The notes beneath the pieces are model-generated. The model searched no databases, was not told where the DNA came from, and saw nothing but the letters and a program-made list of their open reading frames with translations. A DNA stretch of 64,000 bases, taken from the NCBI GenBank assembly GCA_030141605.1, contig JAQGDQ010000589.1:70864-134863 (forward strand), written 5' to 3'. This stretch comes from Tubiluchus corallicola (lineage: Eukaryota > Animalia > Priapulida). Shown here in pieces: positions 12,848 through 25,620 of the stretch (position 1 is the first letter of the stretch; each line of letters opens with the position of its first letter). A program made the translations under genes and the position numbers.

Positions 12848-12982
12848 GGTTGCAGTCTGGCCGTGACTTTCTTACTGGCAGAGGCTGACCTCGCAGCCTC
12901 TCAGACTGATAGCAAAGTCGTACTCCTACCCCATCGGGGGGGGCCAACCGGCCATACTCCAGCGACAAATGGCTAAAAGGAG
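12848..12982 (+). ncRNA. Candidate HDV-like self-cleaving ribozyme in the R2 5' UTR (probably degenerate)
   Basis: P1 ggttg 12848-52 / caacc 12945-49; J1/2 domain closed by cagtctg 12853-59 / cagactg 12902-08 with internal hairpin gaggctg/cagcctc; P2 ctcct 12923-27 / aggag 12978-82; C-run/G-run P3 with ccatcg loop; GG 12950-51; P4 ccat/atgg; J4/2 CTAA at 12973. Confidence 0.55.
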
Positions 12983-13095
12983 ACGCACATGCCCCATGGC
13001 GATCCAACTTGGCGTTCAGTTGGGTAGGGGAGAAAAACAGCCAAGCTGCTGGGTCCCGGCTTTGGATCCCTCCACTTTACGCGGACTACCTTTAG

Positions 13096-13670
13096 TGGCA
13101 GAAACAGTTATCAGTTGGCAAAAATGATAAAGATAATGCCGGAAGGGTACATGGAAACGACGAGGCAGCGCGAGATACCTCGGCGTCGACTTATGGTCTG
13201 TTTACGGACAAAGAGACTGGTACAACGATAACACTTAATTATCCTGTGCAGGTCAGCGACCGCTGTCCTGTGTGTGCGAAGGCGATTCACGACTGGAAGT
13301 CGGCGAAATTGCATGTGAAAGTAAGCCATGGATTGGGTGTCCATAGGCTTGAATTCCGATGTGTGAAGTGCGAAAAACTGTGGCCATCACACCAGAGTGC
13401 CTGCTGCCATTACAGGTATAGTTCCACCAGAGTACTTGAAGAAACAGCTCAAGCAAGTGGTGGTACCGAGCCGTCACAGGATGATGCTCACCGCTGTCCC
13501 AAATGTTCCCGTACCTTTAATACACACGCGGGACGGCAACAGCATAGAAGGTGGGCTCATCCTGTTGAATATAACAACAGTCTCCCTGGACCCAGGGGGA
13601 AGAGGGCCGACGGCGCTGGTACACCGTGTACGGACGACGAATTCAGGCTCACGGCCGAACAGGAGCTCAA
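13096..13670 (+). mobile_element. R2-like (RLE clade) retrotransposon N-terminal fragment: three zinc fingers plus start of Myb domain
   Basis: CPVC..HVKVSH, FRCVKC..CCHY, HRCPKCSRTFNTHAGRQQHRRWAHPVEYN, then CTDDEFRLTAEQE (cf. WTxEExxLLAxxE). Frame is open from 13096 and truncated at ~13670. Confidence 0.8.
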
Positions 13671-14233
13671 GTTCCACCCCAATACACGGGTCTCCAATTA
13701 GCTACAACAGTCTGAGCCTCCTGAGCATCACGAAATTGAAGCTGTACATTACCTCTTGTGGTTTTGAAGGCCAAATCAAATCTCAGTTTCGGAAAATGTA
13801 TGCTAATGCGCTTCTTAATAAGCGTACTATTAGCAATCAAATCTCCTCTTTTCACATTCTCTATAATTACAGTTTTGTTCGGCTCGTATTCAACAGTTCT
13901 TCGGTTCATTGGTTTAACTATACTACCTGCTGGACGAGCTACAGAATCGTTTCCATTTGAAGTACTTCTGCATTAGTTTACCTGCATAAGACATCTTCTG
14001 TATAGAATTATTTTTCCGTGATTCATCTTCTGAATTCTAGCAAGAGACTGTGCATGACTAGTTTTTAACTTTACCAAGGCACCAGTAACATTGTTCAACT
14101 CTTTGGAAAGGCAATTATTTTGTGTAAATATTTTGCATAAATATTTTGTGTAAATACTCACAATCGTTAGCGTCGCCCTAGGATATTTTGTCATCCTTGC
14201 GTCCAATGAGTGCAGAGTGGTAGGCGAAGTCAT
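13667..14233 (-). mobile_element. LINE ORF1-like fragment (coiled coil plus RRM-like)
   Basis: NKTVIIENVK..FKTTRGNVQLQFRDAQEAQTVVANWRP has an RRM-like pattern; it abuts and truncates the R2 ORF. Confidence 0.4.
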
Positions 14234-14312
14234 AATTGCTTTCGTTTCGTGATTATTATTATTTGACGAACATTTTTCTTGTACACATTTGTTACAAATT
14301 TCAAGTACACCA

Positions 14313-14332
14313 AGAAAGAGAAAGGGAGAGAA

Positions 14333-14375
<43 letters not shown>

Positions 14376-14382
14376 AAGAGAG

Positions 14383-14413
<31 letters not shown>

Positions 14414-14460
14414 AGGAAAGCGAGTGAGAGAGAAAAAGATGGATGGAGACAGAGGGTGAG
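14313..14460. repeat. Imperfect (GA)n microsatellite
   Basis: Direct reading. Confidence 0.95.
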
Positions 14461-14493
14461 CGGATGAAGTCTTATACTAATTGTTCTGCATCA

Positions 14494-14858
14494 TCACATA
14501 AGATATGAATCAGGCAAAGGTCTATGGCCATTGTCCATAAACGTTTTTGATAATTCAGTGACATAATTATTAACTCGCTGCTGAAAACCAGGAATGATGT
14601 GGTAATACTGAGTAAAATACGTGTCGTTTATTGTATATGGTCTTTTTATCTGTTGTCCTGGGTACTTTTCTGCACATTGCAAACGTGATTTGTTCTGTCC
14701 TAGAAAGCTTAAGACAGGTTCCAACTCTCTAGTCAAATTCGACTTTAGTTTTTCGTAGATAACAACGTAAATGTCTGCAGGTGACTTCAACAGCCAGTTG
14801 GTGTAAAAGCTGAACCAGTGGTCGTGCAAAAATGGTCCGTTTAGAAACTCAAGCCATC
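14494..14858 (-). CDS. WSCD-type sulfotransferase, last exon
   Basis: Acceptor ttgtttcag at 14859; reads WLEFLNGPFLHDHWFSFYTNWL..IYVVIYEKLKSNLTRELEPVLSFLG..RLQCA, matching the WSCD C-terminal pattern. Confidence 0.8.
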
Positions 14859-15199
14859 CTGAAACAATAGCATAAAGAATTTCATTGATTGCTTATACGT
14901 CTATAAAAGCTTCCACACAAAGACATGTTACTTAGCATTACCCTTACTTTCTGGTAAGACTCAGGTAATGGTAATTTCATTGATAATTTGGTAATTTACT
15001 ACTCTTGGCAATTTAACATCCTTGTACATACTCGTAAAATGTCAAAGACTGGACTTTCCAGTGTGCACTACTGACTCACCAAAAATCGTGTTTTTAAAGG
15101 AAAATGGGATGATTTTTCATATCCTAGCCAATTTTGAAAATACATTTCAGCACCTATAATAAGCATCCGATTATCGAATAATAGCTTAAAAACTTTACT

Positions 15200-15960
15200 A
15201 GTGAATGATTGATTGATTAATTGATTGATTAATTTATTTGTCTCATTTCATACGTGTACATACTATTTAATAATACACAGTTCACCCTTAATGGCGAAAG
15301 ACCATAATGGTCACCTTTTAGCCGCCCTTAATGGCGGGCGAATCAAACTATTGATGACACTAAAATTGATTATAATTTTTAACTGTACAAACATTTTTGA
15401 GAGTGTTGCACATATCTGCGAAAGGTAAATTTGAAGCACCATGGTACTGTCCAACATTCGTTGTGATATTAGTCCTTTATAGGATTTTGGGGGTGAAGTA
15501 CATTTGTCAACAAGTATAAAAAAGTTTCAACTGTGTCTACGAAATAAACAACAATGCACATCACTTCAATATAATGAAACATGTATTACCAAAAAAGGTG
15601 ATCAGTAATTTATCTGTAATTATATTTTTCAAAAAATATATGCATTGTGCTGCATTCGAAAAAAGAAACACTTTACACAGTAAGCAGGACTGATTTAGTT
15701 CATGCATGAGCTCTCGAACAAAACCTTTCAATATTCTATAAAGTAAACTGTTTTAAGTTATAGTTTAAGACTGGGTCCGGTTTTTCTCTAAATCTAATTG
15801 ACAAGGAAAATGAAACTTATACTTTGGCTAAGTTAGTGAATTGTGCCCAACCAATGCCTTGATCATTTTTTCAAACTTTACTCAGTGTTATCTAAATTGA
15901 TTCGAGCGACTTTTACACGGCTGCGTCTTTTAGCTTTATGTAAGCAAAGGGTTTTTCTTA
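15200..15960 (-). mobile_element. LINE 3' end (CR1/L2/Crack-like) with (ATCA)n tail, intronic
   Basis: Minus strand ends AATAAA-ttaatcaatcaattaatcaatcaatc; structured 3' UTR at 15283-15340; decayed RT C-terminal coding upstream. Confidence 0.55.
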
Positions 15961-16184
15961 TGCTTTAATGTGTTTAATGGGTTGCTGTTGTATTCTTTTG
16001 ATGTTCTGTTAATGTCAACGTGTCTCTCATATTGAACATACACGTTGTTGGCAACATCGTGGCTAAAATCGTTATTAATGCCATTACAATCACCATCATC
16101 ATTGTCATTATTGTTATCGAATTAGTCACGGCATTTTGAAAACGGTTTTTCAGTTATATATTGCGCAATTATTCACATACGTAC

Positions 16185-16402
16185 TGTTCAAAAATTTGGG
16201 GTTTCTATAGTCTGGTGCTCCACTCTTCCTCAATGATGGGATAAAAAAGACCATTCTTTTAAACTCGGCATACACAACATCATAAGGCTTTCGAACCACA
16301 AGGATAGTGGCTGCAAAGTCCTTCAATGTGTCACTGTCTGTGTTTTAACAGCAATCGTCTTTCCATCAAAAGGCTTTAATCTTTTCACGTTATTAGGCCA
16401 AC
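16185..16402 (-). pseudogene. WSCD-type sulfotransferase, middle exon with frameshift
   Basis: Acceptor ctttagcag, donor GTACGT. Reads GWPNN..KTIAVKT, frameshift at ~16340, then DFAATILVVRKPYDVVYAEFKR (cf. AILLIRNPYDALVAEFNR). The exon is 218 nt between two phase-1 junctions, i.e. out of frame. Confidence 0.8.
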
Positions 16403-17369
16403 CTGCTAAAGCAAAGAAGTATGAAAGTCTGAAGACATTAACTAAACCTGCCAGTGGAAAGTAAAATAGTCCTTAGGACAAACTTAATATTTCACGTATC
16501 GCACCATCTCGAGTGACAAAACTAATCGCATTTTTTATTTCTCATACATCGCTATAAGTTTTTATTTGATGAAATTTGCAGTATGGTAGATTATTGGGAC
16601 TGTTATTTTCCGCGAAGACATGTTAGGGCATATTGTTGCATGGCAGGGAAAAGGCTACACAGTGTTGCAACAATGCGGGTATTAAATGTTTACATTGTTA
16701 AGTATTATTCTATGTAGTAATGTAATCAATTGTATAGCAATGGAAAAGATGAATTGCCCATCATGGTGTACTAGCTCTCCAAATGGCAACCATATTGCAA
16801 GATCCATAGTTTGTAAACGTAAACTGGAGATGTATAAGAAACAAAAACGCCAATTAGAATTTGTTCCCCGAGATGGTACTAAAGTTTGCACTGGCTCATG
16901 CACAAGGACTAGTAGCATGACAAGTAACCAAGACTTGTTATTCAATAGTAATATATTCACTAAAATCAAAAATTCGCAATCTTCCAAGTTCAAAACCTCG
17001 TGGAATAACTAAGGATTACTCCCTTATTGAGTTTTTTCTGCACTACTGGAAATGCCCAACTGCCCAGGATTCTCATAGACCATAATGGAAATAACATGTA
17101 TGTATCACATGTTTTTAGGTATCCAAGGAAAAATAAAGTTATATTTTAGTCTCTTCCTGATTAGATTAATAAACCCTCAATAGTAAAAATTGTGAGTCCG
17201 AGACCTTTCATGCACAGATCATCGCAAATGATGTCATTGTCGGAGACGTAGCCTCCTCGGTAATATACACATCCGTTATACCACCAAAATAAACAGTAAA
17301 TTAACCAAACCCCAGAAAAATGAATTTTTTGTATTGCGCATAAACCCACAACAACAATAACCCACACTA

Positions 17370-17725
17370 CAATACACCCCGACACCACACACAGCACACC
17401 ACACCACACCAAACTTACCCGCTGCACTACTCGCAATGCACCACAAACACCACATAACACCTGCCACCCACACCATACCACACAACCCACATCACACCAC
17501 ACCAGGCCAGTCTGCACCACACCACCCACACCATACCAGTCCACCACATTACCCACACCACGTTACGCACATTACACGACAGCTCCCACTCCATGCCAAC
17601 ATGTCATACCACCCACACTGTGCAACACTCCCCACAGCACACTCACCATACCCACTATACCATACCACACCACATCAAATCCACTATGTCTATGACACCT
17701 ACATCACCTACACCAACATCACAGC
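17370..17725. repeat. (CACCA)n-like low-complexity tract
   Basis: Degenerate cacca/cacac pentamers; accounts for the H/T/P-rich and V/W/C-rich ORFs. Confidence 0.9.
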
Positions 17726-18189
17726 AGAATAGCAAGACCATGCAAGCATTTTGCACAAAGTTGAAACTGTTTGTTTATGAAAAACGCTATTTGTGCCAGT
17801 CACCGATTATCAGTAATGCACAGATATTTTAAAGGGCTTGCTCACTGCGTTTCTGATGATAATAAGCTAACAGTTGTAACTTACATTTACATATTGAGTA
17901 CATTAGAATGACAGTTAAAGACAATGCCTGGAACAGCCGCAAAAATTCTCAGGTTCAAAACCAATGTTCAAAATGTAGCGTGCAGCACTTGGGGTTTGAA
18001 AGGGAAGTTCGAAACACACCCTACCCGTTTCGTTTAGTGGACCTTTCTCCCAAAAATCCTTCACATCTTGTAGACCACTTTCTCCTTTTCTGCGAATGTT
18101 TTTAATTTTTCTCAATGTAAACCTGCCTTGTCCCGGCCAAGTCACACTTGACTCATTCACACAGGATTATGATACCAAGGCTCGAGTTC

Positions 18190-18950
18190 TCAGTTACAGT
18201 GTAACCAGTAAGATGAATTGGATGGCTGTACGTGAACTGAGAATCAACATTGATCATCAGAGCTTCTGGACAGAACGCAGTATTGTTCTCAGTTACATAT
18301 GCAATACAGAAAGACGCTTTAAGACGTTTGTTGCAAAAAGGCTAACTGCAGTCCACAGATGTTCTGAGCCTTCTCAGTGACATCATGTGTCCAATGAAAA
18401 TAATGTAGCCAATCTTGTGTCGAGTGATTGCTCGCAAAACGAGAGGGACTAAAAGGTCCTGATATCTTGTGACTGACAAGTGATAAATGAGAAGAATTCA
18501 AGTTCGACAAGTCTGATGAGTTAATGGAAATAAAGTGGAGGAGAGAGGAAAAGCAGGAAGGTTCTTCGAACACATGTCCAACACCTGGTATAGCTCATTC
18601 AGTATCATTTCACATTTACAACGTAAATGCCTTCAGGGCGAAACCAATTCTTTATGAAACCTTAATTTTTCAGATACTCTGAGGGTGTTCACGCTGTTTG
18701 TCATGGTCCGGGCAAGTACCATGAACCCACCACAGAATAGACCTCATTGTTTGTGAAATTACAACACAACAGGTCATTTTGGTCAAGAATATGATGTGGC
18801 CAAGCTTATAGCGAAATATTGGATCGTTAATGGTTTTAAACCTCTTTTGATCTCAATTAGCGAAATGTGATCCGTTGGTAAATTAAACATCCGCTGTGCA
18901 GCAGGTGTCTCTTCACGACACGTACAAAAGACATGCTGTATCATTTGAAC
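18190..18950 (+). mobile_element. BEL/Pao RNase H to integrase zinc-finger fragment, intronic
   Basis: FWTERSIVLSYICNTERRFKTFVAKRL..HVSNENNVA and [21 protein letters not shown]. Confidence 0.85.
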
Positions 18951-19000
18951 GTGGCGCAAAGAGACACCTGTTGCACACTTGTTACACAACATATATGTAC

Positions 19001-19159
19001 CTAAAATAGGAAGATCACTGTAAATAGACCCCGTCATAATTCCCGTAGTTAATTCCAACAGGTATCTCATCCATGTGTTACCAGAACCAGGACAGCTCGC
19101 TAGAGCCACACCAGGATTCGTATATTTCTCATCAATCACCACGGTGTTACAGAGTTCAT
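19001..19159 (-). CDS. WSCD-type sulfotransferase exon containing the PAPS 5'-phosphosulfate loop
   Basis: Acceptor tttcattacag, donor GTACAT; 159 nt, phase 1-1; [32 protein letters not shown]. Confidence 0.88.
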
Positions 19160-19499
19160 CTGTAATGAAATCAGTACAGAGTTAAAAAAACTTAACAAGA
19201 AACGTAATTGGAAGCAGTTTATAGCCTGTGAAAACATTTTCTGCTGCCTTCACAATGAAATTTTCATTTTCAAATTTATTTTTCCTCACTTACGTCACAA
19301 GTAAATCTGTCAAATTTAAAGGCTATCATTAAAAAGAAGAATTTTCTATTAATTAAAGAATGTGGTGCACACAGATTCGTGTGCAGCTTGGCTTGACATT
19401 CCAGTCTATATACGAAATTTCAATTAAAATAAAAAATACGACATAAAACAATTAATGTGACTGGTCTAAAAGAGGAAATGCAAATTTGCACTGAATGAG

Positions 19500-20150
19500 T
19501 TGATGAAAGTGGAATGTAAAAAAAGAAAAGTGAAGATATTTGTAAGTTGACTGGTGTGGGATCCGGGGTAAAAACTGGGAATCACCTTTTACTGAAAGAA
19601 AGTGAAACATATGTTCACATAATTATGTTCTAGGTCCAGAAATCTATTTCTAGGTTTTTGGGAAGAAAAAAGACATCGATTGTAAACAAAACATTAATGA
19701 CAGCAAATGAGTTACAAAAGGGACATGTTGAAAAAATGGACAATGTTTGAGCAAAATATAGTTTAGAAAACTTACTTGGTATTACAAAAAACCACAAAGT
19801 ATATAATTGTGTAAATTGCACCAGACTAAATATAGAACAATTTTGAATATCTGTGTAACGACTTTTAAATTTTATGAGTAGGTTGTCATCACATTTATCC
19901 AAGTGCTTAATATCATACACGATTAATATTTTTTGTTCTCGAAAAGGTACTGCGATTATTCTGCTTCTTTTAGAAAACCTGAAGACGCTTTCAGGGGTGG
20001 ATGATTCGATAACTAAGGTTTTTCGCCACCCCTTCCCATTTGTTTGGCTTTTTTTAAATAATATCTATTTTTCTTTGTATTGATATTGGGATGAAAAATA
20101 AATGATTTGATTTTGATTTTTGATTTCGATTTATCTGAAAAACTTGTAAA
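19500..20150 (+). mobile_element. LINE 3' fragment with (TTTGA)n tail
   Basis: CGIRG RT motif, 3' UTR hairpin aggggtgg/ccacccct, then AATAAA and tgatttgattttgattt. Confidence 0.5.
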
Positions 20151-20644
20151 AACTCTAAATTTGAAGTACAGGTAAGACCAACAGTACATTTATGGGACTA
20201 CTATTGTTATTTGTATGTTGACAATATTATTGAAAAATGTACTTTTAATACTGACAGCAGAACGAAAGCGGAAAAATGGTTGATTCATGAGACACTCTAC
20301 ACCCAACCCATTAACACATAATTGCAGTTTACTACTTGTGTAAATCCTGTTGAAAAGCTTTTACCCATGTATGTGGAAAACCTGTTTCATTACATTTATG
20401 ATGTAACTTATTTAAGGGGTAGCACCCATGACAATACGAGTGTCAAGCAGAATGAAGACAAAATTGCCGTTGGTCAGTCGTGGGAAGCTTTAGAGGAACT
20501 TCATAATACATAGCGACGTGCATTAACACAGATTTCTCTTATCTTTTCACTGTAATGAATTTTTATATGTAACGCGCATTATTTTTCATTTTCCATTAAA
20601 AAAATTAAATATTATTGCCCAGTGAATTTATTGCACTAATTTAA

Positions 20645-20647
<3 letters not shown>

Positions 20648-20686
<39 letters not shown>
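20648..20686. repeat. (TA)n microsatellite
   Basis: Direct reading. Confidence 0.95.
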
Positions 20687-20688
<2 letters not shown>

Positions 20689-22276
20689 TTTTGGTTTTTA
20701 TCCTAACAGCACAAGCTGGCCGACTTCAGTATAATCACTGATAAAGATAATCACCAATTTTCTCTATGCCATCAATGGTCGACAGACGTCGTGATTTGAG
20801 AAGGTAGGTTACAGTACACTTTGATGTACCAGACTTCATAAACTGTTTTACTTCATCTCTTCGTGGTTTAATGATGTATGAGCAAAAACAGCTTTGCGAT
20901 GACGCCTCCCAAGTAGCAAACTTTACATATGTAACTCTAGATATATATAGTAATCAGGTGAACAACTGAAAAATTACCGTAAATGCGAGAATGTCTGTAC
21001 CAATTTCTTATACGTCTACTACTTTTTTAATTGTAGACAATATAGGAGCATAATATTAGTTTACAGAGTTTAATTTAGTTGTCTCATATGAGATAGTTGT
21101 GATGTAGAGAACCTAGTCTTTGTTATATTAGACACAAATCACTAGCCGGTGCACTTCAGCTATGGGAAAAGTAAGGCAATTACTTCCTAAAACCGTTGTA
21201 ACAATTTAGATTAAGATTTTTAAGCAGACCATGGTTTCGCCAGCAACTGTCATTACTATAAATCAAGCCATGACAAATAATTAACACTTCATAATGACAC
21301 TACATGCAAGGTACAAATATAGCTACAATATCAAAAGAGTGAAATTTAAATGGTCATAATGCAAGTGCAAATAACTGGTATTACATAATTGCGTTTTACG
21401 TAGTTATGCAATGCAATTATGTAAAGATGTGTTTATTCTCCTAAGATTCATAACAGTGATGACAGGTTTTTCCCATATTGCATACATTGCTTCCGTTAGA
21501 TTAATTGTTTGTGTAGTTGTGATCTTTGCCTGAATATCATGTATAAGGTACAATTTTATACATTTTCTTTTAGATTTTCATATGAGTCTTATTCCAGTTA
21601 TTTCCACACGTATTTAAGTTTCACACTTGTGATTTTGTGCCTTAGATGTAAAGTCGTAAGTGTGTTAATAGTTAAATTGCAACGATGATGACGGTCCATT
21701 ATTTTTGCACTGTTTTAAGGTTTTTGAACGTGTTTAGTTAGTGTGAGCGTGACTGAAACACGAGATTTTAAACAGAACGGTAGGACGTAAAATGGCAGAA
21801 AGTCACGATAAAAGACGAACAAGACTGACGGTCCTTATGAAGTTGAAGTATGTAGCCTGACTCGAGAAACAGGCCAGTTTGCCAAAACTTCACAAAACTG
21901 TCGTCAAGTGGTCATAACATGTGACGTACATACGCAAATTTGTTGTAAATTATTCATGATGTTCTTCAAAATTTCAGAATCCGCAAAAAATTGGCTAACA
22001 TTTTGGGACGGTTTTGAGAATGTTATGACGACTTGGTGACAAAATTTTAGTTTGTGACATTTTGGTGAATCTCGCTTGTCTTGCAAAAATTCCGTGAAGT
22101 TATTGTACAATGATCGCTCGGAATTCACAAACATGTAGCAAAGTCGTGCAGGAATAATTTGCTTGAAAATTTTCGATCGTCGCAAAAAATTCGCGGTTCC
22201 GTGAAAACCTGGCTTAATTGTCTGAAGGTACAACATTATACTGCTGCAAGATATTTCTCAGAATATAGGAAACGGG

Positions 22277-22285
22277 ACACACACA

Positions 22286-22335
<50 letters not shown>
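22277..22335. repeat. (CA)n microsatellite
   Basis: Direct reading. Confidence 0.95.
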
Positions 22336-22338
<3 letters not shown>

Positions 22339-23449
22339 GCTCTATCCTGGCTATATCTGCATTCTTGTTCTGCATTTTTTGTTATTTTTTGTGTTTGCCC
22401 TATAATCTAAATCTAGTCTATAATCTATAATCTAATATCATGATTAAATTTTTGCAGTCTTGTAGGACCAACATTGGTTAGGGTTTGACCCGTACTTGAA
22501 AATTTTGACGAAAAATGCCATAGCTAATAACTTTTTGAGGTAATAATGATGACATTAAGTAAAATCAACTTACACATTTTGACATAAAGCTATGCATTCA
22601 TTCAGCCTGGCTGTCTTGTGGGTGGGGCTTACGCCGCTCATGCTTAAACAAAGACGATTCAAAAGTGAAGCTGAAATGAAAAAAAATCTATACATACATG
22701 TGCCCTGAATTCGAAACCCGTATCATTCTTTTTCGTTCACAACAGTAGCTCTTAAACTTCTCTTGCGTCCTTTCAAAGTTTTACAACAAAATTAGCGAGA
22801 GGGTACGTAAATGTCGCTAAGATATGTTAATATAAATTTGATAATATTCAGTGATATTTTAACATTATTTTTAATATGTAGATTAACTCCTTCAGGAACG
22901 CACCACTGATAAAACTATGACTTTTTTGCTGCCGTATGAGCACAGACATGACTAAATGATAACAAATTAGGTGCCGTTCTATTTAAGAGAATCTCAGCTA
23001 TACAATCATGCTATGTGTTTAAGTTTTTGTAAGTGACATAATTGGATAAATTTAAGAAAAAAACATGCCTTTTTCAAATTATCCTGTCGAGTAGCTTAGT
23101 CTGGTGTACACTTTCGCGATCGTACATAGTACTTTATTGATCGCCTGCATGTTACAGCCCATGAGAACTGTCTGCCGCTAAGGACAAATTAAGGTCTTCT
23201 CATCTTTTAATGTGAATTTCTCCTTAAAATAGAGCAGATTCTTGTGTCCGTATAGTTGAAATTTTGCACATTAGCCGATGTCACACTAATGATGCTGTGT
23301 ATTTGCTGTAGTGCAAACACTACAGTTACTGAAAGCTTTTTCCAATTTTTTCCTTAAAAATCGATTTCTAATTTGTCTAAGGTAAGTAAGTGGATTTCAT
23401 TTATAATTTTAGATGAAAATCCATTTTGTGTGGAGTAGAAACCTACAAA

Positions 23450-23990
23450 AATTATCAAATATAAGGTAATCGCTGCTTAGTAAGAGCAGTTGTCCATAAA
23501 CCCGTGCAATGCAGCGCTTGCATCGGCAGTAAAGCTGTACAAAACTAGTAAATCTAAACTCCGTTAAGTGCAGCCAATTTAATGGTAGATCGTTTGAAAC
23601 AAGTTTAGATATCATTGCGTGAAGTTTGAAAAAATACTCAGAGCATTCATAGCGCAGTTGTTCCTAAATAAGTAAAATTTCAAATTACTGTATCTTGTCA
23701 ATAATATTAAAAGTACGTTTTTGGTTTACGAGTGGCGAACCCTGGCGGATGAGTCAGCGACATTTTGCCAATTGGCAGGTACATGTCTTTCTTGCATGTA
23801 AGCGAAAGGTCAAGTAATATAGATTTGCACGGAAGGTTTTTTTGGACGTTCGCGTATATGACGTCATGTAGTGGCGTCGTCGGAAGAGTTTTGCGGGAAA
23901 TTTAAAATAAAATGCCGTAAAGTAATGTAACATCTTAAGGCGATTTTTGAAACCCACTCCAGGCATCCCTTTTCTTGTTTTTAGAGTGCA
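23450..23990 (+). repeat. Diverged direct duplication, copy 1 (partner ~25880-26400)
   Basis: Collinear shared blocks cggcagtaa.gctg, cagag.attcatagc, gagtgg.g.accctgg, cgacatttt.ccaatt, cgggaaatttaaaat, ttaaggcgattttt. Confidence 0.8.
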
Positions 23991-25159
23991 TTTGACTATT
24001 AAGTCGACAGGATCGTCTGCGCTTAATACACATTTTTATTCCTAAAAGCTGGTTCCTACATGCAGTTAATATTAAATTGGTAAAACAAAGAAAGTCAAAT
24101 AAATAATATCATTCGTTAAGGACAAATGATATACATAAATACTATATGTGCTTGCAAACCAAAACAGTCCACAAGTCAGCATTCTTACTGTAGCTGATCC
24201 TACCAGAAACAGTTTTTCTAGTAATCTCACAGACAAAAATTCTACATTTAACAACGTTGGGCAAAGCGTTTCATCAAGGCCAGGCATTTTTTATATATTG
24301 CCAGGTAAACTGAGGTGCTTTATGGTTCCTACATTCAATATTAATGCAATAAGCTACTTTGAACGTGACTTGATAAAAATCTACGTCCCACCAGTAACAT
24401 GTCTGATGTATCTATTGGGACATCTATAGAGACTTCTTCAGTAACAGCTAGAATTACCTGTCCACACACTTACGCTGGCTGTAGAAAGGAGATTCACACT
24501 TTAACTGAGATGTCTCTTGAAGCAGTTGGACAACAATCTTGTGATGGTCTGGTTGCCAGGAAACAGTGGCTTATTTGTAGGACTTTTAATAAGGATATTA
24601 GTGGGCAGATTTTTCAGCAAACTTTATTTAATGTAGCATAATCTTTTCTTGTGTGTTATCACATTTCTGTTTTATGTTGAACACATTAAATACTTTTATC
24701 TCTTGCCATATCAGTACACAATCTACATATGTCTACACAATCTATAATCTTTGAGTAAACACTATATAGGACTAACTTTAAAGCATTAATAAACGTAAAA
24801 TATATAGCTAAACATAACAGCGATACGTGTATAAATACATTTTTTTTAATTTTAGAGACATGTCTTCCTCATATTCAAGACCACAATTCCGCGTGCAATA
24901 ATTATTAATCAATTTCAACTACAGGCGAGAGTTGCTAGATAATGTTCTATATTTCTAAAATCGCCAGATAGGTGGAGACACGTGTTCCCAAAACTGAACG
25001 TAGCGGAGAATGTTTTTTCACGATAAGTTCCTTAATAATATTTATGAAAATTTTGCGTTCATTAATGTTCCTTTCACTTATCATTCTCAAGTTCACTAAT
25101 TACACAGTGACACCTTCCTATCTTAGTTTATGAAATTACAGCAAAAAGAAACAGATGTT

Positions 25160-25620
25160 CACCTGTTTGTCATAAAATAAATAGTTTTCGTTTCTTCTTG
25201 TCAGCTGCATGATCAGTTAGAAACCACAAGGTTAGGATTTGTCAAAGCAATTTCTTCCTGATTGGTCACCTGCTTGCTCGGGTTTAGAATTTATCCATAA
25301 CATTATTCGCTGGTTTATTAAAGAATCCTGCAGTTTACAACATCCTTGAATTATACTGATGCTTCTGTAATTTTCTCATACAACCGCACAACCTTTTTCT
25401 AATGAGAACAACAAACTAATGAGGCACAATGCTGAAGGAAAATCATCATTCATTAGAACCGAAATGAACAGGTTACTAAAAAGCATTAACTAATCTATGC
25501 ACAAATATTGGAAAACATATGTGTGGACGCCTTCAGGACCTGCACTTTTGCTTGGCTTCTGTGCTGTAATGACTTTCTGCACTTGTTCAAGTGTGAATGG
25601 ATCGTCTACGACATTTTGTT
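25160..25620 (-). mobile_element. LINE reverse transcriptase fragment
   Basis: KGCAVV*ENYRSISIIQGCCKLQDSLINQRIMLWINSKPEQAGDQSGRNC. Confidence 0.75.

Noticed and set aside
16686-17012. 108-aa ORF antisense in the WSCD intron
   Set aside because: No recognisable domain or splice support
17161-17832. His-rich or Cys/Val-rich protein ORFs
   Set aside because: Translations of a CACCA low-complexity tract
18493-18511. Hammerhead ribozyme core (CTGATGA..GAAA)
   Set aside because: No stem II pairing or flanking helices; it lies within Pao coding relic
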